A DNA stretch of 26,499 nucleotides from a virus. Its lineage: Duplodnaviria; Caudoviricetes. The DNA lies in the IMG/VR virus record IMGVR_UViG_3300020044_003482, positions 1 through 26,499 of that record. One strand, 5' to 3'. Each line of letters begins with the position of its first letter. The stretch's first letter is position 1. A program made the position numbers and the translations under genes. This document shows, one piece after another, positions 10,129-18,717 of the stretch. The notes below the pieces were generated by a model. That model was not told the DNA's origin, searched no databases, and saw only the letters and a list, made by a program, of their open reading frames with translations.

Positions 10129-12525
10129 ATGGCTATTTTGATTAACGACACATCGCCTCGTTCACAATACACAGCAACCTCTGGTCAGACTGTGTTTAGT
10201 GTTCCGTTTGAGTTCTTCTCAAATGCCGATCTCCTTGTTTATCAAAACTCTACGCTCAAGACATTGACCACACACTATACCGTGACTGGTGCTGGTGTCA
10301 CTGGCGGTGGATCTATTACGCTTGTATCAGGGGCTACTGCTGGAGATGTCATTACAATTGTGCGTGATATTCCTGTTAAGCGTGTGACCGACTTTCCTAC
10401 GTCTGGTCCGTTTAATGTTGACGCACTGAATACAGATCTTGACCGTTTGACTGCAATGATTCGTGAACGTGAGGATCAGGTATCTCGCGTTATCTCTCTT
10501 GCTCAAACTGATGCTGCTGTTAATCTTTATCTTCCAACTGCTGCTAATCGTGCATCTAAAGTGATGGCTTTTGATAGCACTGGCAATGTGATTATTGCTC
10601 AGGAACTTGGTCAGTATCGTGGCAACTGGGCATCTGGAACAGCATATATTCTTCGTGACATTATTAAAGATACAAGCAACGCAAACATCTACATTTGCGT
10701 AGCTGCTCATACATCGACTGGCTCTCAGCCAATCAGTTCAAATGCAAATAGCGCAAGCTGGGCATTGCTGGTGGATGCTGCAACTGCAACATCCGCATCT
10801 GCATCCGCAAGTTCAAGCGCATCTGCCGCTTCATCTAGTGCTTCGGCTGCATCTACAAGTGCTACAAATGCAGCAACTAGTGCAACACAAGCAACAACAA
10901 ATGGTGCGGCTCAAGTCACACTAGCTGCTGCTCAAGTTGCACTTGCTACAACTCAAGCCACAAATGCAGCTACTAGCGCATCAACAGCTACGACTCAGGC
11001 TTCTAATGCCTCGACCTCTGCTACCAATGCGGCATCATCTGCATCTGCAGCTTCAACAAGCGCAACTAATGCCGCAAGCAGTGCAACAAGCGCATCTAAC
11101 TCTGCCGCCTCTGCTGCTGCTGCTCTTGCCTCTGGCTTGTACTCTGCCGTCATTGACAAAAGTGCAAACTACACGGTTTTGCTGGCTGACGCTGGTGACC
11201 TAATCCGCGTAACCACTACCTCTGGTGCGGTAACAATTACGTTACCACAGATCAGCACTGTCACTGATGGCTTTAAGGTTGCCATTGTCAAATGGACTGG
11301 CGATGCCAATGCGGTAAACATTGCTCGTTCTGGATCTGATACAATCAATGGTGCAACTAGCGCAACGATTGGTTCCCAATATACCCAGACAACTTTTGTA
11401 GCAGACTTTGAAACCAATCAATGGTTTGCTGCAACGTCTGGTCTTGGTTCGACAAACGTAGTTATTGATACGTTCAATGGTACTGGATCTCAAACTGCAT
11501 TTACACTCTCTGGTGATGCTGGAACTAAAAATAATACTTTTGTATATGTAAGCGGCGTATATCAGGCTAAGTCAACTTATAGCCTTTCTACCACAACTTT
11601 GACTTTCTCGACTGCTCCTCCTTCTGGTACTGGAAATATTGAAGTCATTTGGACTCAACCTCTTGCTGTTGGCACTCCATCTGATGGAACAATTACGACT
11701 GCAAAAATTGTCGATGCCAATGTGACGGCTGCTAAACTTGCAACTGATTCTGTAACCACTGCAAAAATACTAAATTCCAATGTTACTACTGCAAAAATTG
11801 CAGATGCCAATGTTACACTTGCAAAGTTGAGCGCAACAGGAACTCCAAGTTCAAGCAACTTTTTGCGTGGTGATAACACTTGGGCAGCTCCTACAGGCGG
11901 TTTTTCCAACATCGCAGTTGCTACAACTACGGCGGCATCTAACTCAACAGGTACATCACTTGTTTGGAACAGTACAGGAAACCTGACTTGGACTGTGCCG
12001 ACTGGTGTCACCACTTGTAAGGTCACGGTTGTTGGCGGCGGTGGCGGTGGTGGCGGCTCTGGACAATCTGCCGGAGGGGGCGGTGCAGGAGGAGCGTCTA
12101 TCCGTGTTGTTACTGGCCTTACCCCCAGCGGAACTGTTGCTGTTACTGTTGGTGCTGGAGGTGGAGGCGGGTCTGGTTCTGGAGGAACTGGCACTACTGG
12201 CGGAACTTCATCGTTTGGGGCTTACGCTTCTGCGACTGGTGGTTCGGGGGGGACAGCAGTAAATGGCGGCGCGGGCGGAACGGGTTCCAGCGGGAATTTA
12301 AATATTTCAGGTGGCCTTGGAATTAGTGGGTATTTTGAACCGTCTTTAGGATATGGACAGTCTGGAGGTGGTGGAAATACACTGTTAGGTGGCGCGGGGA
12401 AAGGTGCAAATAACTCATCAAGCGTTGCTAGTGCGGCACAAAGCAACACTGGTGGTGGCGGTGGTGGCGGCTTTGCGGCGGCGGGAACATCTGGCGGCAC
12501 TGGCGTTGTGATTATTGAATGGTGA
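10129..12525 (+). CDS. Tail fibre protein (T7 gp17-like N-terminal anchor, Ala/Ser/Thr stalk, Gly-rich C-terminus)
   Basis: YTATSGQTVFSVPFEFF...LNTDLDRLT anchor; AGGAG RBS; low-complexity stalk; GGGGGGG...GVVIIEW end. Confidence 0.85.
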   Translation: MAILINDTSPRSQYTATSGQTVFSVPFEFFSNADLLVYQNSTLKTLTTHYTVTGAGVTGGGSITLVSGATAGDVITIVRDIPVKRVTDFPTSGPFNVDALNTDLDRLTAMIREREDQVSRVISLAQTDAAVNLYLPTAANRASKVMAFDSTGNVIIAQELGQYRGNWASGTAYILRDIIKDTSNANIYICVAAHTSTGSQPISSNANSASWALLVDAATATSASASASSSASAASSSASAASTSATNAATSATQATTNGAAQVTLAAAQVALATTQATNAATSASTATTQASNASTSATNAASSASAASTSATNAASSATSASNSAASAAAALASGLYSAVIDKSANYTVLLADAGDLIRVTTTSGAVTITLPQISTVTDGFKVAIVKWTGDANAVNIARSGSDTINGATSATIGSQYTQTTFVADFETNQWFAATSGLGSTNVVIDTFNGTGSQTAFTLSGDAGTKNNTFVYVSGVYQAKSTYSLSTTTLTFSTAPPSGTGNIEVIWTQPLAVGTPSDGTITTAKIVDANVTAAKLATDSVTTAKILNSNVTTAKIADANVTLAKLSATGTPSSSNFLRGDNTWAAPTGGFSNIAVATTTAASNSTGTSLVWNSTGNLTWTVPTGVTTCKVTVVGGGGGGGGSGQSAGGGGAGGASIRVVTGLTPSGTVAVTVGAGGGGGSGSGGTGTTGGTSSFGAYASATGGSGGTAVNGGAGGTGSSGNLNISGGLGISGYFEPSLGYGQSGGGGNTLLGGAGKGANNSSSVASAAQSNTGGGGGGGFAAAGTSGGTGVVIIEW
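11692..11829 (+). repeat. About five 10-aa (30-nt) coding repeats (V/I)TxAK(I/L)xDxN within the tail fibre
   Basis: ITTAKIVDAN VTAAKLATDS VTTAKILNSN VTTAKIADAN VTLAKL; ACTGCAAAAAT recurs at 11698, 11758 and 11788. Confidence 0.8.
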
Positions 12526-12529
12526 TGAC

Positions 12530-12730
12530 ATGAAAGCGGCATTGGTTTCTCCAGAAGAAAAAGTTTACTCCTACGATGGTTCCCTGCTTGGCGAGCGCAT
12601 TGCAGAAGTAAGCACAAACCCATTTGAAGTTGCGCCACCATTGTTTTGGGTATCTTGCCCTGATGATGCCATTGCAGATCGATGGTATTGGGATGGAACA
12701 CAGCCTGTTGCTCCTATTGAGCCAGAGTAA
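12530..12730 (+). CDS. Small tail-fibre-associated protein (possible assembly chaperone)
   Basis: MKAALVSP...FEVAPPLFWVSCPDD...WYWDG, directly after the Gly-rich fibre; ATG 12530 preferred over the track start. Confidence 0.6.
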   Translation: MKAALVSPEEKVYSYDGSLLGERIAEVSTNPFEVAPPLFWVSCPDDAIADRWYWDGTQPVAPIEPE

Positions 12731-12741
12731 GGATTAACATC

Positions 12742-13818
12742 ATGGCACTGACACAAGTACCAAACTCAATGCTAGCCTTTGACGGCGGTCCTCTTGGTAT
12801 GCGTAACCGCATCATCAATGGCGATATGCGGATTGATCAGCGTAATGCTGGGGCAAGTGTTACACCTACTACTTCTGGATATTATTCATGTGACAGATGG
12901 CAAAGCGTTGTTACCCAAACATCGAAATACAGCCTCCAGCAAAATGCTGGTTCTGTAACGCTACCAGTAGGGTTTCCTAACTATTTGGGCGTTACCTCTT
13001 TATCTGCATATTCCGTTGCTGCTGGCGATGCTTTTGCTATTGCTCAAAAAATAGAAGGCTTTAATATATCAGATTTAAACTGGGGAACTGCCAACGCTAA
13101 AACAGTTACTTTGTCAGCATGGGTGCGCAGCTCGTTGACTGGTACTTTTGGTGGTGCGTTACAAAATTCAGACGGAACAAGAAATTATCCATTTAGCTAT
13201 TCAATTCCGGTAGCAAATACTTGGACATCAATTAGTGTTACGATTGCTGGCGACATAACTGGCACTTGGAACGCAACAAACAGTAGCGGAATAGGGATTA
13301 ACTTTGGTTTAGGTGCTGGTTCTACATACAGTGGAACTGCTGGTGCGTGGACAGCCACTAACGCATATTCAGCCACAGGCGCAGTCTCCATCGTTGGAAC
13401 TTCCGGCGCAACTTTCTACATCACAGGTGTACAGCTTGAAGTTGGCACTATTGCCACGCCATTTGAACGGCGGCTGTATGGGCAGGAACTTGCGCTGTGT
13501 CAGCGGTATTTTAGTAAAAGCTACAATATTGATGTTGCTCCTGCGGCTGTTAGTGCATTAGGCCTACTTGCTGGTACTGCTGTTCTTGGTTTTTACCAGC
13601 ATCAAATTTATTTTCCTGTTAGTATGCGTTCAACTCCAAGCACTGTTACTTTATACAATCATGCAACAGGTGCAGTTGGAACATGGCGAGATAGTGCTGC
13701 TGTTGATAGGGCAGTTACAGCAGCGAATATTGGTATGAGTGGATGCGCCGTACAATGTTCAACTAATACATCAAACGCATATTACACTGGGCATTATACA
13801 GCATCAGCGGAGCTATAA
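12742..13818 (+). CDS. Second tail fibre / receptor-binding protein with carbohydrate-binding-like domain
   Basis: RNRIINGDMRIDQR, CDRW, ITGVQLEVGTIATPFE, ELALCQRYF, FPVSMRSTP and terminal ASAEL are motifs of a common phage tail protein family. Confidence 0.7.
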   Translation: MALTQVPNSMLAFDGGPLGMRNRIINGDMRIDQRNAGASVTPTTSGYYSCDRWQSVVTQTSKYSLQQNAGSVTLPVGFPNYLGVTSLSAYSVAAGDAFAIAQKIEGFNISDLNWGTANAKTVTLSAWVRSSLTGTFGGALQNSDGTRNYPFSYSIPVANTWTSISVTIAGDITGTWNATNSSGIGINFGLGAGSTYSGTAGAWTATNAYSATGAVSIVGTSGATFYITGVQLEVGTIATPFERRLYGQELALCQRYFSKSYNIDVAPAAVSALGLLAGTAVLGFYQHQIYFPVSMRSTPSTVTLYNHATGAVGTWRDSAAVDRAVTAANIGMSGCAVQCSTNTSNAYYTGHYTASAEL

Positions 13819-13820
13819 TC

Positions 13821-13997
13821 ATGACAACGGATGATACACGAGTGATCATAGACTCAGCGGTAGCCTCTGGTGCTATTACTATGCCCTTATGGGTCATCCA
13901 TATGCATGAGTATCTGCAACTCTTTACTCTTATTGGTGGCCTCGTTCTGCTTGTTATCCGTATCTATCTTGCCATCAGGGAAGCGAGAGGCGAGTAA
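13821..13997 (+). CDS. Small membrane protein, holin-like (58 aa; not in the ORF track)
   Basis: MTTDDTRVIIDSAVASGAITMPLWVIHMHEYLQLFTLIGGLVLLVIRIYLAIREARGE; fills the gap exactly; GGAG upstream. Confidence 0.65.
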   Translation: MTTDDTRVIIDSAVASGAITMPLWVIHMHEYLQLFTLIGGLVLLVIRIYLAIREARGE

Positions 13998-14000
13998 TGA

Positions 14001-14459
14001 ATGGACCCGTTAACAGTCTTAGCTACAATCAAGGCAACTGCTGCCACCGTTAAGACTGCGATTGGCGTAGGCAAAGAACTTGTCTCGGTAGCCAAAGAAC
14101 TTTCAGATATTATGAATGGGGTGGCTCACCTCACCCAGATAGCAGCGCAGCCAAAAGGTTGGCGCAAAGGTGGATCTGCCGAAGCTCGTGCTATAGAGGC
14201 ATTTGCAGCCAAGATGGAAGCAGAGCAGATAGAGCGTGAAGTTAAGTCACAAATAGTTCAAGTCTATGGTGTACGCGCTTGGGAGCAGATCCAGCGTGAT
14301 GTCGTGCGTATCAGAAAAGAAATGAAGATAGCTGCAATTGAACGTGCAGAACGAATAGAGTATATGATTGAAATGGGATTCACTATTGCAATTAGTATTG
14401 TACTCCTTGCAATGGTTTGTTGGGCGTTATGGTTTGCTATACACTATAACCTTGTGTGA
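14001..14459 (+). CDS. Hypothetical protein with C-terminal transmembrane helix
   Basis: 152 aa; MDPLTVLA start, coiled body, hydrophobic C-terminus; in the lysis cassette. Confidence 0.7.
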   Translation: MDPLTVLATIKATAATVKTAIGVGKELVSVAKELSDIMNGVAHLTQIAAQPKGWRKGGSAEARAIEAFAAKMEAEQIEREVKSQIVQVYGVRAWEQIQRDVVRIRKEMKIAAIERAERIEYMIEMGFTIAISIVLLAMVCWALWFAIHYNLV

Positions 14460-14469
14460 GGATAGATGA

Positions 14470-14994
14470 ATGGATCTCTCAAAGATCGGTGGCCTTTTGG
14501 CTCAATTAGCTCCTACGGTAGCGACTGCTCTTGGTGGCCCTCTCGCTGGATTGGCAGTAAAGACTTTATCAGAAGCTCTGTTTGGACATCAGGATGCAAG
14601 CGAATCAGAAGTCCAAGCCGCTCTAATGAACGCTACTCCAGAGCAGTTGCAGAAGCTGAAAGAAACAGACGCATCTTTCAAGCTCAAAATGAAAGAACTT
14701 GATATTGATTTAGAGAAAATATCTGCTCTTGATCGTGACTCTGCTCGTAAGATGCAGATGGAAACTAAGGATTGGTTGCCAAAAATACTTACTGTTTTGG
14801 TTACAATCGGATTCTTTGGTATTCTTTTTTGGCTCTTAATACATGGCGCACCACCATCTGGTAGCGAGACTTTGATCTATATGCTTGGCGCTTTAGGCAC
14901 AGCATGGACTGGCGTAATGCAGTTTTACTTTGGCTCATCTGCTGGTAGCAAAGCCAAGACAGATGCTCTTACTCAGAAGGATCTAAACAAATGA
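14470..14994 (+). CDS. Holin (GTA 3TM-holin-like)
   Basis: APTVATALGGPLAGLA, DRDSARKM, two C-terminal TM helices and FYFGSSAGS; stop overlaps the endolysin start. Confidence 0.7.
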   Translation: MDLSKIGGLLAQLAPTVATALGGPLAGLAVKTLSEALFGHQDASESEVQAALMNATPEQLQKLKETDASFKLKMKELDIDLEKISALDRDSARKMQMETKDWLPKILTVLVTIGFFGILFWLLIHGAPPSGSETLIYMLGALGTAWTGVMQFYFGSSAGSKAKTDALTQKDLNK

Positions 14995-15590
14995 ACTTTG
15001 TAGGCGATGCAATCAAACTTGATCTTGAAAGCATGGGTCATTTGGCTGAAGAGTTTGGAATTGAATTGGCATCCCTTCGTGCTGTCATTCTGGTTGAGTC
15101 TGCTGGCAGTGGATTTGATTCGTTTGGTAGACCAAAGGCTCTCTTTGAACGACATTACTTCTATAAGTTTGTTAAAGCTAACTATGATCAAGCGCTTCTT
15201 GATGAGGCAGTATCCAAGAAACTAGCCTATCCCAAGTGGGGAACATTGCCATATCCAAAGGGATCTACTGCTGTTTATCAAGAGATTGAGGCAGCTTATG
15301 AACTTGCTCCACGAGAAGCCTTGCTATCTACATCATGGGGTATGGGTCAGATTATGGGCAATAACTATGCTCTTGCTGGATGTAAGTCTGTTGAGGAAAT
15401 GGTTGATCAGGCTATGGACTCTGAAGAGAATCAATTAAAGCAGATGATGAACTTCATCAAAAATACAAACTTGCTTAATAAACTAAAAGCTCAGGATTGG
15501 GCTGGCTTTGCTAAAGGCTATAATGGTCCTTCATATGCAGCTAACCAATATGATACCAAATTGGAAGCAGCTTATAATAGGTATGCATAA
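14991..15590 (+). CDS. Endolysin, N-acetylmuramidase (DUF3380-like)
   Basis: AVILVESAGSGF, PKALFERHYF, STSWGMGQIMGNN, WAGFAKGYNGPSY, YDTKL. Confidence 0.9.
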   Translation: MNFVGDAIKLDLESMGHLAEEFGIELASLRAVILVESAGSGFDSFGRPKALFERHYFYKFVKANYDQALLDEAVSKKLAYPKWGTLPYPKGSTAVYQEIEAAYELAPREALLSTSWGMGQIMGNNYALAGCKSVEEMVDQAMDSEENQLKQMMNFIKNTNLLNKLKAQDWAGFAKGYNGPSYAANQYDTKLEAAYNRYA

Positions 15591-16510
15591 TGGGCTTACG
15601 AATGTCAGAGCAACTGCTTCGTCACACGATGCAGCTTTATGTCGATGCCAATAAGAACTTCTCGTTGGCAGCTAAACTTAACAAGATCCCAAGAGAAACA
15701 TTCCGTAGTCGTCTTGCTAGAGCTAAGGAAACTCTTGATGAAAAAGACTTTAATCCAGCTATTGATTGGACATATCCTCAATCTTTCTCGATTGATATGG
15801 CAAATAAAACTGCCTTAATTGGTGGCGATGCACACGTCTGGCCTGTTGGGCCAAGTGTAATGTGGAAGGCGTTCTGTGCTATTGCCAAGAAGATCCGTCC
15901 TAATTGTATTATTCTAAATGGTGATATGATTGATGGTGCTCGTATTAGTCGTCATGGACGTATGCTTGGTGGCAAAGCGCCAAAGTTATCTGATGAAATT
16001 GATGAATTACATCGTTGGCTAAAGATGCTTCCACTTGCAGAACATACACATTGGACGATTGGCAATCACGATTTGCGTGTCGATAACTATCTTGCAAACA
16101 ATGCACCAGAGTTAGAGGATTACGCTGGTCGCTTGCAAGACAAATTCCCTAACTGGAAGATGAGTTACTCTGTGATGCTGAATGATGTTGAGGTTCGTCA
16201 TCGTTTTCGTGGAGGCATCCACGCTGCATGGAACAATGCACTTCACTCAGGAGTCTCGATTGTAACGAATCATACTCATCAGTTACAAGTTTACGCAGTT
16301 CGGAATCGAAATGGATCTCATTGGGGAATTGAGACTGGGATGCTAGGCGATCCAAAATCTCCTGCATTTGAATATACAGAAGGTGGGCCGTCTCGTGTAG
16401 TGGAAGGATTTGTTCTTTTAACATTTGACGAAGATGGTCATCTACTTCCTCCTGAGTTTTGTGAGATGGTAAGAGGCCGGCCTGTCTTCCGTGGGAAATA
16501 TCTATTCTGA
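15590..16510 (+). CDS. Calcineurin-like metallophosphoesterase with possible N-terminal HTH
   Basis: GDAH, NGDMID, GNHD, VRH and HTH motifs in canonical order; N-terminal AAKLNKIPRETFRSRL. Confidence 0.85.
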   Translation: MGLRMSEQLLRHTMQLYVDANKNFSLAAKLNKIPRETFRSRLARAKETLDEKDFNPAIDWTYPQSFSIDMANKTALIGGDAHVWPVGPSVMWKAFCAIAKKIRPNCIILNGDMIDGARISRHGRMLGGKAPKLSDEIDELHRWLKMLPLAEHTHWTIGNHDLRVDNYLANNAPELEDYAGRLQDKFPNWKMSYSVMLNDVEVRHRFRGGIHAAWNNALHSGVSIVTNHTHQLQVYAVRNRNGSHWGIETGMLGDPKSPAFEYTEGGPSRVVEGFVLLTFDEDGHLLPPEFCEMVRGRPVFRGKYLF

Positions 16511-16595
16511 TTGTAAGCAGGATCATCTGCGCAGCAAAATACAATACGCCTCCTGTAAGAAGACCACCGATATACATCTGCGCTGATTCGCTCAT
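16149..16595 (-). CDS. Hypothetical protein with N-terminal hydrophobic segment, overlapping the phosphoesterase antisense
   Basis: AAGGA RBS; ATG 2 nt after the previous stop; MSESAQMYIGGLLTGGVLYFAAQMILLTI; the distal part looks non-conserved. Confidence 0.4.
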   Translation of the reverse strand: MSESAQMYIGGLLTGGVLYFAAQMILLTIRIDISHGRQAGLLPSHKTQEEVDDHLRQMLKEQILPLHETAHLLYIQMQEILDRLASQSQFPNEIHFDSELRKLVTDEYDSLQSRLLSEVHCSMQRGCLHENDDEPQHHSASQSNSSSS

Positions 16596-16597
16596 AA

Positions 16598-16825
16598 CTA
16601 TTCCTTGTGGTTCATACCGACAAAAACGTGAGTTAAATCACTGGTACGAACATAGACTTCTTCCTCTAATGTTTCGATAGTTTTTTTTAGTTCTTCGATG
16701 TCTTCATTTTGTTTGGTTAATTTTTCCCGCAACTGTTTAATTTCTGCAATGGCCTTCTTTGTATCACCAATGCTGGCAGAACAACCAATGTCAAGATCAC
16801 GTTGCATCCGTTCTACAATGTCCAT
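16598..16825 (-). CDS. Hypothetical coiled-coil protein (MDIVER...AEIKQLR)
   Basis: GAGGAG RBS; start overlaps the upstream stop (TGATG). Confidence 0.65.
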   Translation of the reverse strand: MDIVERMQRDLDIGCSASIGDTKKAIAEIKQLREKLTKQNEDIEELKKTIETLEEEVYVRTSDLTHVFVGMNHKE

Positions 16826-17004
16826 CACTCTTTCTCCTCTAATGCTTCACGAGCTTTCTGTTTATAATCATCTCGTGATGTATATGTGGTTGTCGCTAGA
16901 TCTTCTAGTTCATTTCTTAACCGTTGAATTTCATCTCTTGCTTTTTTAAACAACGGATCTCCATTAAATGCATATGCATCATTAAGTAAATCAATAATGT
17001 CCAT
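16825..17004 (-). CDS. Hypothetical protein, 59 aa (not in the ORF track)
   Basis: MDIIDLLNDAYAFNGDPLFKKARDEIQRLRNELEDLATTTYTSRDDYKQKAREALEEKE; AAGGAG RBS; fills the gap. Confidence 0.65.
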   Translation of the reverse strand: MDIIDLLNDAYAFNGDPLFKKARDEIQRLRNELEDLATTTYTSRDDYKQKAREALEEKE

Positions 17005-17005
17005 C

Positions 17006-17482
17006 TCAGTTCTCCTTGTGCTGTGTATGGTTAATCCTTGCTTGCCAAAACATTTCAGTCATAACTTTATAGTGCTCTTCCCATGCATGTCCTCTTGGAC
17101 CAATACGGTAATGAACGCTTGTAATTCCAGATTGTACTATAAAAGCTGCACAATTTGCGCATGGATGCAATGGCGTAACGTAAATTGTATAGTCTGTTAA
17201 TGGTTCATGAGCTGATAAAATTGCGTTGGCTTCCGCATGTACAGTTCTCAGCAACTTATCTTCTCTATTTGTATATACATCGTCTACACCACGAGGAAAT
17301 CCATTATATCCAACAGAAGCAATCGTTCGATCAGGTCGTACTATAACTGCTCCTACTTTAGTCGATGGATCTTTAGACCACGATGCAACTAGATCAGCCA
17401 TAGCAAAGAATCGTTTATGCCAATGATCATCATGACTTGCCAATCTATCTGTAATCATTTGCTTGCTTTTATATCCTGTCAT
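17006..17482 (-). CDS. dCMP deaminase
   Basis: WSKDPSTKVGAVI, GYNGFPRG, HAEANA and PCANC zinc motifs. Confidence 0.92.
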   Translation of the reverse strand: MTGYKSKQMITDRLASHDDHWHKRFFAMADLVASWSKDPSTKVGAVIVRPDRTIASVGYNGFPRGVDDVYTNREDKLLRTVHAEANAILSAHEPLTDYTIYVTPLHPCANCAAFIVQSGITSVHYRIGPRGHAWEEHYKVMTEMFWQARINHTQHKEN

Positions 17483-17895
17483 TTTTCAAGCCCATTTCTT
17501 CTGATGTGTGCAAGATAGCCACTTAAAATTGTGGTATGATCTTTATCAAACTTCCTGCCAATTTGTGGGTAAGATAGATTGGTATGTTTGCGAAGAAGAT
17601 AGTAAGCCTCATGCCTAGCATGAGTTAGATTCTTCTCTCTTGATTTGCTCTTTAGAAATTCTTCAACTGGCTTATCAATCTTCATTGCTACTTTTTCAAC
17701 GATCAATCTCCAGTTTGATTTGAGATCATGAACAATCTCTTTTTCTAGATTGATAAGCAGTATCATATCTTCTGCTGTCTGTTTTGTTTTGAGTAGTTGA
17801 TTAATCTCTTTGGTCTTTGCAAACTGATAGCCAGCTTGATTTATTCTATTCCTTATTTCCTTGTAGTGGTTAACCAGATTAGTATTCTGTTCCAT
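17479..17895 (-). CDS. DnaA C-terminal (domain IV) HTH-like protein
   Basis: SREKNLTHARHEAYYLLRKHTNLSYPQIGRKFDKDHTTILSG; start uncertain (17895 or 17904). Confidence 0.8.
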   Translation of the reverse strand: MEQNTNLVNHYKEIRNRINQAGYQFAKTKEINQLLKTKQTAEDMILLINLEKEIVHDLKSNWRLIVEKVAMKIDKPVEEFLKSKSREKNLTHARHEAYYLLRKHTNLSYPQIGRKFDKDHTTILSGYLAHIRRNGLEK

Positions 17896-17930
17896 TCTTA
17901 ACATCCATATTTTCTTTATTCTTCTGACGT

Positions 17931-18293
17931 TTAGGCTTTGCCTTCCGACTTGGTAGAATTTTGGGATGATGTATTTTCCATTCCAAACTCTTTGCATAAG
18001 AACTTTTTAAGGTCGGCTTTTTCTTTCTCTGCTTCATGTGATACCTCTGCACCTATGCCAGCATATCCAGCAATATCAATCCATGAATCATTATGAAGGC
18101 CACGTGTTGTTTGCAATCTTACAATCTTTTGAATGATCTCTATGATGCAGACATCATGTGGCTCAATATCAATTCCAAGATATGCAGTTAACATTTCTGC
18201 TACTCTTGCGAATCCTTCATATGGAGATCCATAAGTATCACCACGTTGCTCGACAGTTTGAAATGCCATACGCAATAGATCTTCTTTTTTCAT
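17931..18293 (-). CDS. Conserved phage protein (DUF6378-like)
   Basis: QRGDTYGSP...KIVR...HNDSWIDIAGYA pattern. Confidence 0.7.
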   Translation of the reverse strand: MKKEDLLRMAFQTVEQRGDTYGSPYEGFARVAEMLTAYLGIDIEPHDVCIIEIIQKIVRLQTTRGLHNDSWIDIAGYAGIGAEVSHEAEKEKADLKKFLCKEFGMENTSSQNSTKSEGKA

Positions 18294-18294
18294 G

Positions 18295-18717
18295 TTATTC
18301 CCTTATAAAGCTGAGTGAATCTAGTTCTTCCATGATACGTCTTAGTGCAAATTGAACAAGTGACAATTCATCCATAAGTTCTTTGCACTTTAGTTTATCA
18401 ATCCTCATGACAATATCTTTTGAATATTTATCCATGATGATTTTGTATGACTTATCAAAGTGTTCTGCATGTAACCCATTTGGTTCTTTGTCTATAAGAT
18501 CTTTACTCTTTCTTAATCCAACAATAACAGTTGTGTGATCAACGCCTAAAGATCTTGCGATGCGTGATTTGTTGATCGACACAATCTCAAACGATAGATG
18601 AATTACAAGAGCACGAGACCACGATGTTACACGGTCTCGCTTCTTTGCGAATATATCACGGACTTCAACGCCAGTTACTTCTGATACAATCTCAGCAACA
18701 TTCTTAACTGTGATCAT
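18295..18717 (-). CDS. Second DnaA C-terminal (domain IV) HTH-like protein
   Basis: VSEVTGVEVRDIFAKKRDRVTSWSR...SRIARSLGVDHTTVIVG. Confidence 0.75.
   Translation of the reverse strand: MITVKNVAEIVSEVTGVEVRDIFAKKRDRVTSWSRALVIHLSFEIVSINKSRIARSLGVDHTTVIVGLRKSKDLIDKEPNGLHAEHFDKSYKIIMDKYSKDIVMRIDKLKCKELMDELSLVQFALRRIMEELDSLSFIRE

Noticed and set aside
10780-11130. Repetitive GCA/TCT/ACA tract as a possible CRISPR or DNA repeat array
   Set aside because: Low-complexity Ala/Ser/Thr coding stalk; no fixed repeat-spacer periodicity
11655-12701. Pro-rich minus-strand ORFs (179 aa, 159 aa)
   Set aside because: Antisense shadows of the Gly-rich tail fibre codons; no RBS support
12742-13818. Diversity-generating retroelement target
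   Set aside because: No reverse transcriptase or TR/VR repeat pair seen in the window
14466-14702. Alternate-frame ORF inside the holin as an embedded o-spanin
   Set aside because: No signal peptide or lipobox
16825-17004. Apparent in-frame stop suggesting recoding or a pseudogene
   Set aside because: Careful reading gives AGA AAT GAA CTA; the frame is open
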